A stretch of DNA of 24,000 nucleotides from an uncultured Tissierellia bacterium (GCA_902489145.1 CABTYV010000009.1:9743-33742), one strand, 5' to 3'. Positions 1-9,320 are shown, numbered from the stretch's first letter. Translations and numbers: made by a program. The notes: generated from the letters alone by a model not told the origin.

Positions 1-473
1 TGGCGCATCATTTGGACTCCTTCAAGTCCACCGTCTACCGCCAGAGCATGTTTGCCGAATTTGAGAAAATTGTTCATGAGCGCGTGGAGGCGGGTGAGGC
101 GTTAACACAGGCGGATTTGGATCAGATCTATCTGGAGCTCAACCAGACTTATTTTGGGGAGGCGATGGTTTCAGATGAATTAATCGCCCATGAATGGATG
201 AGAATTCCGCACTTCTATGGCGATTTCTATGTGTACAAATATGCCACGGGCTACTGCGCCTCTACTGTGTTGGCCCAGCGGGTCCTTCAGGAGGGAGAAG
301 GAGCGGTGGCTGACTACTTCCGTTTCCTGCGCGATGGCAATCACCATTATCCGATCGAACAGCTCAAAATGGCGGGCGTGGATATGTCAAAACCGGAGAC
401 GGTGGACCAGGCCCTGGGTGTTTTCCGAAAGCTCATTGACCAGCTGGAGGAGATTGACCATCTGGCTGACTAG
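1..473 (+). CDS. pepF: Oligoendopeptidase F (M3B metallopeptidase), C-terminal fragment; the 5' end lies outside the window
   Basis: Frame 3 is open from the window edge to TAG at 471-473. The tail HEWMRIPHFYGDFYVYKYATGYCAS...YFRFLRDGNHHYPIEQLKMAGVDM resembles the conserved C-terminal region of PepF-type oligoendopeptidases. The TTG at 12 in the ORF track is an artefact of the window edge. Confidence 0.85.
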   Translation, partial: AHHLDSFKSTVYRQSMFAEFEKIVHERVEAGEALTQADLDQIYLELNQTYFGEAMVSDELIAHEWMRIPHFYGDFYVYKYATGYCASTVLAQRVLQEGEGAVADYFRFLRDGNHHYPIEQLKMAGVDMSKPETVDQALGVFRKLIDQLEEIDHLAD

Positions 474-500
474 AGAAAGGCATAGGCAAAGGGGGCTGGC

Positions 501-1289
501 ATGAGAAAATTCTTCAGAAGGCTGATCCAGGGGCTGCTGGTCGTGGTGATTTTTTACTGCCTCTGGCAAATCGGCTCCTATATCTGGGAGCGCAAACAGT
601 CTGATGACAGCTTCGCAAGCGTTCAGGAAAAAGTGACCCGCTATGAGTCGCCCCAAAAAATGGGGTCAGGCCATAAGGGTCCGTTTCCCGATCTTTCGGA
701 GCAGGTCAATTATCAAGGGCTGATGCAGGAGCTTCAACGCCTCAATAACGATATCGTGGCCTATTTGGAGGTGTCGGGCACCCAGATTCAATATCCGGTC
801 GTCCAGGCGGGAAATAATGATTATTATTTGCGCCGGGGGATTAACAAGAAATATAGCTTGCCAGGGATTCCCTTTATGGACTACCGCAATGCAAAGGATC
901 TGTCGGATCAGAATACGGTGATCTATGGTCATATGATGAATTATGTGAAAACCTCCATGTTTGGAGAATTTGAACATTTCCTGGATCAAGCCTATGTGGA
1001 TCAATCGCCAAAGCTCTTTCGCCTCATCCATCCTACGGGGGTCTATTATTATCGGATCATTGCGGTCGTGCGGATTCATGAAGAGGAGGACTACCGGGAG
1101 CCCAACAAGGAAGCCCAGGCTTTTTTAGCGGATATCGAAAAGCTTCGAAAAGAGAGTGTCGTCCAGCTCGGCTATGACGGCCCGCTGAGCCCGAACAGCA
1201 GGGTGGTGACGCTTTCTACCTGCACGCCGGATCATGACCGCACCTATCGCATCGCCCTGGTAGGCCTACTTGAAAAATATGACTCCTAG
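501..1289 (+). CDS. srtB: Class B sortase (membrane-anchored cysteine transpeptidase)
   Basis: SD-like AAAGGGGG at 488-495 sits 5 nt before the ATG. There is an N-terminal signal anchor (LIQGLLVVVIFYCLWQIGSYIW). The class B signature is present: NDIVAYLEVSGTQIQYPVVQAGNNDYYLRR...PGIPFMDYRN. The catalytic residues are His in TVIYGH, Cys in TLSTC and Arg in YRIALVG. Confidence 0.85.
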   Translation: MRKFFRRLIQGLLVVVIFYCLWQIGSYIWERKQSDDSFASVQEKVTRYESPQKMGSGHKGPFPDLSEQVNYQGLMQELQRLNNDIVAYLEVSGTQIQYPVVQAGNNDYYLRRGINKKYSLPGIPFMDYRNAKDLSDQNTVIYGHMMNYVKTSMFGEFEHFLDQAYVDQSPKLFRLIHPTGVYYYRIIAVVRIHEEEDYREPNKEAQAFLADIEKLRKESVVQLGYDGPLSPNSRVVTLSTCTPDHDRTYRIALVGLLEKYDS

Positions 1290-1314
1290 CCCTACGCTTG
1301 TGGGGAAGGCTATC

Positions 1315-1352
1315 AGGCACCTGCTTCAGGAAGGAGCAGGTGCCTTTTTCTT
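1315..1352 (+). terminator. Intrinsic terminator after srtB
   Basis: Perfect 11-bp stem AGGCACCTGCT (1315-1325) / AGCAGGTGCCT (1335-1345) with a 9-nt loop, followed by TTTTTCTT. Confidence 0.85.
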
Positions 1353-1403
1353 GTCCGGTCGGGGGATGAGGGGAGCAGGGAAAGAGATTTTCTTAAAAAA
1401 GAC

Positions 1404-1432
1404 TTGCAAATCGTGGCGAGATTGAGTATCAT
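1404..1432 (+). promoter_or_regulatory. Sigma-A-type promoter of groESL
   Basis: TTGCAA (1404-1409), a 17-nt spacer, then TATCAT (1427-1432). It lies immediately upstream of the CIRCE operator. Confidence 0.6.
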
Positions 1433-1443
1433 AAAAACAGTTG

Positions 1444-1470
1444 TTAGCACTCCAATAAAAGGAGTGATAA
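1444..1470 (+). promoter_or_regulatory. CIRCE operator (HrcA binding site) of groESL
   Basis: TTAGCACTC-N9-GAGTGATAA, compared with the consensus TTAGCACTC-N9-GAGTGCTAA (one C-to-A change in the right arm). It lies between the promoter and the groES SD. Confidence 0.9.
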
Positions 1471-1509
1471 ATCACCATAGAGCGTTAAAAGGATAAAAAG
1501 GAGGAAACT

Positions 1510-1785
1510 ATGAAATTGGTTCCATTGGGAGAACGGATTGTCATTCAAAAGCTAGATAAGGAAGAAAAGACCGCTTCCGGGATTGTATTGCCCGCATCGG
1601 CGCAGGAGCAGCCCCAGTACGCGGAGGTAGTGGCCATCTCCGATCAATTGAAAAAAGACGAGGTCAACATTAAGGTCGGTGACCGAGTGATTTACTCCCG
1701 CTATGCTGGCACAGACGTCAAATTCCATGAGGATGAGTTTATCGTCATCAAGATGGAAGACGTCCTGGCGGTTGTGACGGACTAG
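1510..1785 (+). CDS. groES: Co-chaperonin GroES (Hsp10)
   Basis: 91 aa, with SD AAAGGAGGA at 1497-1505. MKLVPLGERIVIQ...EKTASGIVLP...GDRVIYSRYAGT is typical of GroES. Confidence 0.97.
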   Translation: MKLVPLGERIVIQKLDKEEKTASGIVLPASAQEQPQYAEVVAISDQLKKDEVNIKVGDRVIYSRYAGTDVKFHEDEFIVIKMEDVLAVVTD

Positions 1786-1816
1786 ACGGATTTATTCGGA
1801 ACGCATGGATCGATAG

Positions 1817-3463
<1,647 letters not shown>

Positions 3464-3525
3464 ATCATAGGAACAGAACCCAGGGGCAGGGGAAACATGC
3501 CTCCATCAGGTATATTATTATTACT

Positions 3526-3558
3526 AAAAACAGGTCGGATTTTTCCGGCCTGTTTTTT
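3526..3558 (+). terminator. Intrinsic terminator after groEL
   Basis: Stem ACAGGTCGG (3530-3538) / CCGGCCTGT (3545-3553), 9 bp with one G-U pair. It is followed by a T-run at 3553-3558 and preceded by an A-run. Confidence 0.8.
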
Positions 3559-3821
3559 ATCTTTTTTGTTGGGATGTCGGCAATCCAGGCCGATTGAGAG
3601 CGTTATTTTTGAAAGTTGATAGTTTTGAAACAAAATCCATGAAATTATCCGTTTATTCTATAAATATGGTACATTATGCCAGAAAAATGGGATAGTATCG
3701 GTCAGAAACGGGACACTAAGCGCTTTCATTTTGCATAGAGACCGTTTAAAATACAAGGCGAGAAAGGGAAAGGGATAAGCCAGGAAAATTTTAGAAAGCA
3801 AACTAAAAGAAAGGGAGAAAA

Positions 3822-4316
3822 ATGATTTGTGACCTTACCGATACCAAATGGCTGGTGATTGAAATGTTGAGAAGACATCATGAGAATATCGAAAAATATC
3901 TGAGAATTGAACAAGACGATACGATTCAAGAGTGGAAAGCCGATTATATGACACGCCTACAGACGGGGGGTCTCAAGTCTCAGAGCTTGCGGACGGCCCA
4001 TGCGGATGCATCCAAAAAAGATTCCATTGAGGAAAGTCTTTTGATGGAACAGCAGCATGTATTGGATAACCTGCGTGATTTAAAGCTCCGAATCCAGGTG
4101 GTCAAGGTCCTTTTACTTAATATCCGCCAGGATAATCTTCATTTGATTGAAATGCGGTATTTTCAAAAAATGCCGGTAGAACAGGTTTGTGCGGTGCTAT
4201 TTTGTTCCCGGTCCACCTATTATAGAAGACACAATCAAACCATCACGGCGCTCGCGCGCGAGTTTGAGCGTCTCTTTGGCAAAGAGGATCGAGGTCGGAT
4301 GTTACAAAATTTTTAA
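3822..4316 (+). CDS. Small sigma-70 region-4-type HTH protein, resembling ArpU/RinA-like phage late-gene activators
   Basis: 164 aa, with SD AAAGGGAG a few nt upstream of the ATG. The C-terminal LIEMRYFQKMPVEQVCAVLFCSRSTYYRRHNQTITALAREF looks like a sigma region 4.2 / ArpU-family HTH. I do not recognise a region 2. The gene is markedly AT-rich compared with its neighbours. The family assignment is by eye only. Confidence 0.6.
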   Translation: MICDLTDTKWLVIEMLRRHHENIEKYLRIEQDDTIQEWKADYMTRLQTGGLKSQSLRTAHADASKKDSIEESLLMEQQHVLDNLRDLKLRIQVVKVLLLNIRQDNLHLIEMRYFQKMPVEQVCAVLFCSRSTYYRRHNQTITALAREFERLFGKEDRGRMLQNF

Positions 4317-4404
4317 GAAAAGGGATTGGCTAGATGTAGCAATTGACAAAATATGGTAAAATATGCAAAAGAGTTTATCTCATTTGGGAACTCTGGAGGG
4401 CCCG

Positions 4405-5088
4405 ATGAATATTTTACTGCTGCATACAAACGAAGACCTGATCGCAGACCTGAAATATAGTTTTCAAATGGATGGCAGCTTCGTTTTTGTGGTTCATCAA
4501 TTGCTCGGCGGGATTGCGCAGCTGGATCAGCAGGAGATCGACTTGATTCTCCTGGGCAATCAGCTGGAGGACGCAGATCAGCTGGAGGCGATTCGTCAGA
4601 TTCGAACGACTCGTGACTTACCCATCATTGTTTTGGCAGAAAGGGCAAGCTCGAAGGATGCGATCCTTTCGCTGGAGTATGGTGCGGACGATTATATGCC
4701 GGTCCCCCTCAATCCTCTGGAGTTAAAGGCCAGAATTCGATCAATTGAAAGGAACCGAAAACAAACGGACGATCAAACGGGCTATGAGGAAAAAATTGGC
4801 CCTCTGAGCTTTCATTTTATCAGCCACTTGATTTCTTGCGGGGAAATCTCGGTCGCGCTTTCAGAAAAGGAATTTCAGCTTCTTTTCTATTTGGCTAAGC
4901 ATGCCAACCGGATTGTGCCCCGTGAGGAGCTGGCTGGTGAGATTTGGCCGGATTCCTTTCGCACACATCTACGGACAGTGGATGTTTATGTTCGACGCAT
5001 TCGAGAAAAACTTGAAGCCATGGGTCTTTCGCAATTGGTCGAAACCCGGTGGAAGGAAGGCTATACCTTTCAACAGATGGAGCAATAA
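4405..5088 (+). CDS. OmpR/PhoB-family DNA-binding response regulator with a degenerate (probably phosphorylation-independent) receiver domain; no kinase nearby
   Basis: The start is placed at ATG 4405 (GGAGGG at 4395-4400) rather than the ORF-track ATG 4363, which overlaps a likely extended -10 (TGgTAAAAT, 4354-4362). The receiver fold pattern is MNILLL...DLILLG...PIIVLA...GADDYMPVP. The C-terminal winged helix is LSEKEFQLLFYLAKHANRIVPREELAGEIW...RTVDVYVRRIREKL...ETRWKEGYTF. Confidence 0.85.
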   Translation: MNILLLHTNEDLIADLKYSFQMDGSFVFVVHQLLGGIAQLDQQEIDLILLGNQLEDADQLEAIRQIRTTRDLPIIVLAERASSKDAILSLEYGADDYMPVPLNPLELKARIRSIERNRKQTDDQTGYEEKIGPLSFHFISHLISCGEISVALSEKEFQLLFYLAKHANRIVPREELAGEIWPDSFRTHLRTVDVYVRRIREKLEAMGLSQLVETRWKEGYTFQQMEQ

Positions 5089-5122
5089 GGTGGTCTGGGG
5101 CAGTGGAAGGGCCACCTTTTTT
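5087..5122 (+). terminator. Intrinsic terminator after the response-regulator gene
   Basis: Stem AAGGTGGTC (5087-5095) / GGCCACCTT (5110-5118), 9 bp with one G-U pair and a 14-nt loop, followed by T-run TTTTTT (5117-5122). Confidence 0.7.
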
Positions 5123-5144
5123 ATTGGTGAGAAGGGGTTGGACT

Positions 5145-5873
5145 TTGAGTGAAAAGATCCGCATTGATAAGCTGATGGGGCAGGCGGGGCTGGGCAGCCG
5201 CAGGGAGATTGGCCAATGGATCCGGGCGGGTCTGGTGGCGGCAGATGGCTGTAGGGTTCGTAAGCCCGCTGAGAAGGTCGATCCGAAGGCCAGGATCACG
5301 ATCGAAGGAAGGGTGCAGTCGACCAATGCCTACGCGTATTATTTGATGAATAAACCGGCGGGGGGGATTTCGGCCAGCCGGGATCGGGCGAAGACGGGCA
5401 TTGATCTAATAAATAAGGAAGACCTCCGGCCGGGCCTTTTTCCGGTAGGACGGTTGGATAAGGATACGACGGGCCTGCTTCTGATCTCCAATGATGGGCG
5501 CCTGGCTCACCAGCTGCTGAGCCCGCGCCATCTGGTGGAGAAAACCTATGAGGCGCTTTTGGATCAGCCGGCCGAAGAGACCGATGTCAAAGCCTTTCAG
5601 CAGGGCTTCTATCTGTTGCCAGAGGGCATCATGACAAAGCCTGCCCGGCTGATCCTTCTGGAGGCGCGAAGAGTCCAGGTCACGATCACTGAAGGGAAAT
5701 ATCACCAGGTCAAACGGATGTTCGCAAAGGTGGGCAAGGAAGTGGTGGCGCTTAAACGCATTCGGATGGGGCCATTAAACTTGGGGGACCTCCCTGAAGG
5801 AAGCTACCGACCTTTGGAGGCGGAAGAGCTTGCGGCCCTTCGTTCCCTATCTGATGGAAAGCAAGAAGGGTGA
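5145..5873 (+). CDS. rRNA pseudouridine synthase, RsuA/RluB family, with an N-terminal S4 domain
   Basis: The start is placed at TTG 5145 (GAAGGGG at 5131-5137, 7 nt upstream); GTG 5127 is an alternative. The ORF-track start at 5049 would overlap the upstream gene and its terminator. The S4 motif is IRIDKLMGQAGLGSRREIGQWIRAG and the catalytic motif is FPVGRLDKDTTGLLLISNDG. Confidence 0.9.
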   Translation: MSEKIRIDKLMGQAGLGSRREIGQWIRAGLVAADGCRVRKPAEKVDPKARITIEGRVQSTNAYAYYLMNKPAGGISASRDRAKTGIDLINKEDLRPGLFPVGRLDKDTTGLLLISNDGRLAHQLLSPRHLVEKTYEALLDQPAEETDVKAFQQGFYLLPEGIMTKPARLILLEARRVQVTITEGKYHQVKRMFAKVGKEVVALKRIRMGPLNLGDLPEGSYRPLEAEELAALRSLSDGKQEG

Positions 5874-5965
5874 GAAGAGACCGGAAGGAATCGTTTCGGA
5901 GCACAATCTGCGGCCTTTCCCTTTTCAGCTACAGGGGAGGCAGGGAAAATCAGGAAGAGGAGCAC

Positions 5966-6523
5966 ATGAATTTTTATATCGCCGATTGTCATTTCGGGGA
6001 TGAGCGGGTGATTGCCTTTAGTCACCGTCCCTTCGCGAGCCTGGAGGAGATGGATGAGACGATGATCCGAAATTGGAATAAGCGGGTGGGCGATTATGAC
6101 GACGTCTATATCATTGGAGATCTGATTTACCGAAAGGCCGATGCCCTCTCCTACCTGAAAAGGCTCAAGGGCCGTTTGCATTTGATTTGCGGCAATCATG
6201 ACCAGGAGCTGGCAGAAGAGGCTTCCCTGGCCAAATATTTTGTAGAAATACGGGATTATCTGGTGATCAAGGACCGAGACCATCGACTGGTGCTTTTTCA
6301 CTACCCCCTGCTGGAATGGGATGGCTATTATTATGGCTCCTGGCATCTCTATGGGCATATCCACAATCATCCTTCTATGACACAGGAAAAATGCCGCCAT
6401 CTATTTAAGGCTTTAAACTGTGGAGTTGATGTGATCGGCTTTACACCCCGTAACTTTGACGAGCTGGTGGCCATACATAAAAAGGACAGCCAACGCACCA
6501 AACGGCCGGAAGGCGCTGTGTAG
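5966..6523 (+). CDS. Metallophosphoesterase (calcineurin-like, COG4186-type)
   Basis: The start is ATG 5966, preceded by AGGAAGAGGAG (5952-5962). The motifs are ADCHFGD (DxH), IIGDL (GD), CGNHD (GNHD/E) and YGHIH. Confidence 0.8.
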   Translation: MNFYIADCHFGDERVIAFSHRPFASLEEMDETMIRNWNKRVGDYDDVYIIGDLIYRKADALSYLKRLKGRLHLICGNHDQELAEEASLAKYFVEIRDYLVIKDRDHRLVLFHYPLLEWDGYYYGSWHLYGHIHNHPSMTQEKCRHLFKALNCGVDVIGFTPRNFDELVAIHKKDSQRTKRPEGAV

Positions 6524-6524
6524 C

Positions 6525-8369
6525 CTATTTTAATTCGTCAAGGAAGGAGGAAGGATGGACGGGCTGGTCGTTTACGCGTTTTCTGCCCACCAGGCGGAGG
6601 CGGGATTTGGCTCGGGTAATGCCCACATAGAAAAGGCGGCGCTCTTCCTCCATCAACAGGGCGTCCCCCTGGCGGGCTTGCTGAATGGCCAGGGCGCTTG
6701 GAAATTCGTTTTCGATCAGATCAATCAGCCATACCGTATCATACTCCAGCCCCTTCGCCCCGTGGATGGTGGAAAGGGTGAGTGTTGTTTTTTGTGGTGA
6801 TGGCTGCAAGAGGCCCGGCAAGGCCTCCAGACGCATTAGAAAATCAGCTATCTTTGGGGTGGACCTACTGATGGCATAGAGACTCTCCATCACCCTTTGG
6901 CCCGCGATATGGCCTTCGCCCTCCTGACGTTCCCGCTCGGAGAGGTAAGCCCCATAGCCTAAATGATCCCGGATCTCCAGCAGGGCCCAGGAGGCGGATA
7001 AATGGCGGATGTGCTCAAAGCTTTTGCGCAGGTGGTCCAGCTTTTCCTGATAAAAGCGGTTTTGAGTTTCATCCAGCTCAGCGATCCGGTCTAGCACCGG
7101 AAGGTAAGGATCTCCCTTTTGGACGGCGGCCAGAAAGGACTTTTTCAGATAGGCGTCCAGCTTGTAATAGATTCGCTTGAACGTGTTGAAATCACTGGGA
7201 TCGAGGGCGAAATGCAGGAGATCCACCACATCCAAAAAGACCGGAGCATGGAAAAAAACGTCCTCTTTACTTTGACAGAAAAAGGGCAGGCCCTTGCGCT
7301 CCAGCCGGTCGGCCAGGGCGATCATCGATAAATTATTTCGGTAGAGCACGGCGACCGATCCCTTGGCCAAATCCTCCGGTATTTTTTTGATCAGGCGTTG
7401 GAGCTGGCTTTCTAAATCCTTTAAAAGAAAAAGACTAATTTTTTCATCCGCATCCTGATTGGCGCGCGCCTTTTTTTGATAGCGGTGCTGGTTGGAAGAG
7501 ATTAACTTCCCGGCCACGGAAACGATGGCGGGACTGGAGCGGTAGTTTTCTTCCATTTTGATGATGGTGGCTGTGGGGAAGCGGTCACGGAAGCGCAGAA
7601 GATAGGCGGGATCCGCCCCTCGGAAGCCGTAGATGGCCTGATCGTCATCGGCTACCATCATCAGATTGTAGGCGGGCGCCGCTAATTTTTGGATAATCTC
7701 CCACTGAATGCGGGAGGTGTCCTGTGCTTCATCGATCTGATAGTAGGGGAAACGCCGGCGGATCGCCTCTAGCAGGGCCGGCTCCCGGTCTAAAATTTGT
7801 AGGGTCCGAAGGAGCATATCGTCAAAATCGATCAAGCCATGTTCCGATTTGAAACGGGCATAGGCATGGGCCATTTGCTCAAAGGCCGGGTAGCGCTCTC
7901 CTCGCTGCTTTTGGTAATCCGGATAGGAGAGGAGGGCATTTTTTAGATAACCATCGATTCGAAAAAAATCATCGATTTCACCCTCTTTGGGAAAGCGGTG
8001 GCGATATTGGAAAAAAAGCTGACTTACCAGCTGGTATTTATTCCACTGGGGGTGGCCTTCGATTAATGCCACCTGCTCGCCTCTTTCTTGGCCATAAGCA
8101 CGAACGATGCGGTAGCAAAAGGCGTGAATCGTTGAAAAGGTGGGCTGGGCCTCCTGGCCATGGCGCGATTGAAATCGACGCCGGAGATCCTCTGCCTGCA
8201 GGCGGGAAAAGGTGATCGTAGCGATTTTATCAGCAGGCACGCCCGCTGCCGCCAAGGCCTTGATGCGCGCCAGGAGCACCGTTGTCTTACCAGCACCCGG
8301 GACAGCCAGTACCAGGCAGGGCCCCGCTCGATGGGCGATGGCTTGTTTTTGTGCGGTCGTAAAATTCAT
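6525..8369 (-). CDS. ATP-dependent DNA helicase, UvrD/Rep/PcrA family (SF1A)
   Basis: 614 aa, with SD GAAGGAGGG just upstream on the minus strand. All SF1 motifs are readable: Q/I (TAQKQAI, AVPGAGKTT), Ia (ITFSRLQAEDL), II (YYQIDEAQDTS), III (VADDDQAIYGFRGA), IV (ENYRS), V (TIHGAKGLEYD) and VI (EERRLFYVGITRAK). It is shorter than PcrA or UvrD. Confidence 0.9.
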   Translation of the reverse strand: MNFTTAQKQAIAHRAGPCLVLAVPGAGKTTVLLARIKALAAAGVPADKIATITFSRLQAEDLRRRFQSRHGQEAQPTFSTIHAFCYRIVRAYGQERGEQVALIEGHPQWNKYQLVSQLFFQYRHRFPKEGEIDDFFRIDGYLKNALLSYPDYQKQRGERYPAFEQMAHAYARFKSEHGLIDFDDMLLRTLQILDREPALLEAIRRRFPYYQIDEAQDTSRIQWEIIQKLAAPAYNLMMVADDDQAIYGFRGADPAYLLRFRDRFPTATIIKMEENYRSSPAIVSVAGKLISSNQHRYQKKARANQDADEKISLFLLKDLESQLQRLIKKIPEDLAKGSVAVLYRNNLSMIALADRLERKGLPFFCQSKEDVFFHAPVFLDVVDLLHFALDPSDFNTFKRIYYKLDAYLKKSFLAAVQKGDPYLPVLDRIAELDETQNRFYQEKLDHLRKSFEHIRHLSASWALLEIRDHLGYGAYLSERERQEGEGHIAGQRVMESLYAISRSTPKIADFLMRLEALPGLLQPSPQKTTLTLSTIHGAKGLEYDTVWLIDLIENEFPSALAIQQARQGDALLMEEERRLFYVGITRAKSRLRLVGRKRVNDQPVHPSSFLDELK

Positions 8370-8388
8370 AGGCCCTCCTTCTGCCTTT

Positions 8389-8418
8389 ATTTTACCGAAC
8401 CTCTTTGATTTTTTTCAA
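8389..8418 (-). promoter_or_regulatory. Putative sigma-A promoter of the helicase gene
   Basis: On the minus strand: TTGAAA (complement of 8413-8418), an 18-nt spacer, then TAAAAT (complement of 8389-8394). Confidence 0.5.
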
Positions 8419-8498
8419 GGTGGTCCCTCCGATGGAGATAGAAAGCGGATTTTCGGGATGGGGCCATGCTATAATGAGACGAAGAGAAAGGAGCGCAT

Positions 8499-8885
8499 AT
8501 GGCAAAACTGCTAACTTTGATATATTTTTTCTTCCTGGCGATGGGATTTTTCCTCAAAATCCCCCTTCCTTTTTATGCCCTTCTGACGATCGCCCTGGGG
8601 ATTGGGACCTTTGTTCTTGATTATCGCTATCGAGTCAAAAATCAGCACTCCTTCAGCAAAAATCATTTTGTGGCCAGCGGCTTAACCGTCTTCCTAACCG
8701 CCATTTTTCTGGGCATCCTACAGGAGGCGGGCAACATGAAGGATGCGACCTTACATGGGGAAGGAATTTTCTTTTTCCTCTATCTTTTGGTTGGGGTCCT
8801 CCTTTTGAACCATTTTTTGGTCTCGATGGATGCCTTGCAGAAAAAGAGGGAGTCCTTGCCCTATGAAAGGCGAAAGGAGCGCTAA
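8499..8885 (+). CDS. Hypothetical small integral membrane protein (about 4 predicted TM segments)
   Basis: 128 aa, with SD AAAGGAG 6 nt upstream and an extended -10 TGcTATAAT at 8467-8475. Hydrophobic segments are LLTLIYFFFLAMGFFL, FYALLTIALGIGTFVL, VASGLTVFLTAIFLGIL and IFFFLYLLVGVLLLNHFLV. I recognise no family. Confidence 0.6.
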   Translation: MAKLLTLIYFFFLAMGFFLKIPLPFYALLTIALGIGTFVLDYRYRVKNQHSFSKNHFVASGLTVFLTAIFLGILQEAGNMKDATLHGEGIFFFLYLLVGVLLLNHFLVSMDALQKKRESLPYERRKER

Positions 8886-8970
8886 TCGATGGCAGGACCT
8901 GCTTGAGGATGCGCAAGGAGTGATAGAAATAATCGGCAGCAAAGGAGCGGAGCGAGATCAGCGAAAAAAT

Positions 8971-8999
8971 TTGTACTTTCGCTGCTTCTATGCTATGAT
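8971..8999 (+). promoter_or_regulatory. Putative sigma-A promoter of rpsT
   Basis: TTGTAC (8971-8976), a 17-nt spacer, then TATGAT (8994-8999). An 8-bp inverted repeat CAGCGAAA/TTTCGCTG (8959-8984) overlaps the -35. Confidence 0.55.
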
Positions 9000-9047
9000 G
9001 TTTTGGTATCAAAAAAATGAGATTATACGTGAAGGAGGTGAAAGCAC

Positions 9048-9320
9048 ATGGCCAATATTAAATCAGCAAAGAAACGGATTGAGATTGCAGAGCGCAATCG
9101 TCAAAAAAATCGCTCCAGAAAATCGGAGATTAAGACCACGATTAAGAAGTTCAATCAGGCCCTGGAAGAAAAGAAGCCAGGAGATGCGAAGGAGCTTCTG
9201 AAGGTGATCGACCGGAAGCTGAAACGTGCTTCGCTTTCAAGCACGGTTTCTAAAAATGCTGCCAGCCGACAGATTTCCAGACTGCAGCGTTTGCTCAATC
9301 AAGCAGGTTCAGCCGAATAA
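9048..9320 (+). CDS. rpsT: 30S ribosomal protein S20
   Basis: 90 aa, with SD GAAGGAGG upstream. MANIKSAKKRIEIAERNRQKNRSRKSEIKTTIKKF is canonical bS20. Confidence 0.97.
   Translation: MANIKSAKKRIEIAERNRQKNRSRKSEIKTTIKKFNQALEEKKPGDAKELLKVIDRKLKRASLSSTVSKNAASRQISRLQRLLNQAGSAE

Noticed and set aside
217-504. 95-aa alternative-frame ORF inside pepF. A similar case is the 83-aa ORF at 4901-5152 and the minus-strand ORF at 4895-5326.
   Set aside because: They overlap well-supported genes in other frames, and have no SD or recognisable motifs.
4363-4404. ORF-track 5' extensions, here and at 5049, 5870, 9436, 20114 and 22498.
   Set aside because: Each extension lacks an SD and overlaps an upstream gene, terminator or promoter. 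In each case a downstream in-frame start has a good SD and gives a canonical N-terminus for the family.
6525-8369. UvrD-like helicase as a Gabija GajB-like or other defence-system component.
   Set aside because: There is no adjacent ATPase/TOPRIM (GajA-like) or nuclease partner on the same strand. The gene is monocistronic between a convergent phosphoesterase and a divergent membrane protein in a housekeeping context.
8830-9201. 123-aa ORF overlapping the rpsT promoter and coding region in another frame.
   Set aside because: rpsT (9048-9320) is unambiguous. This ORF spans the rpsT promoter and has no SD or family resemblance.
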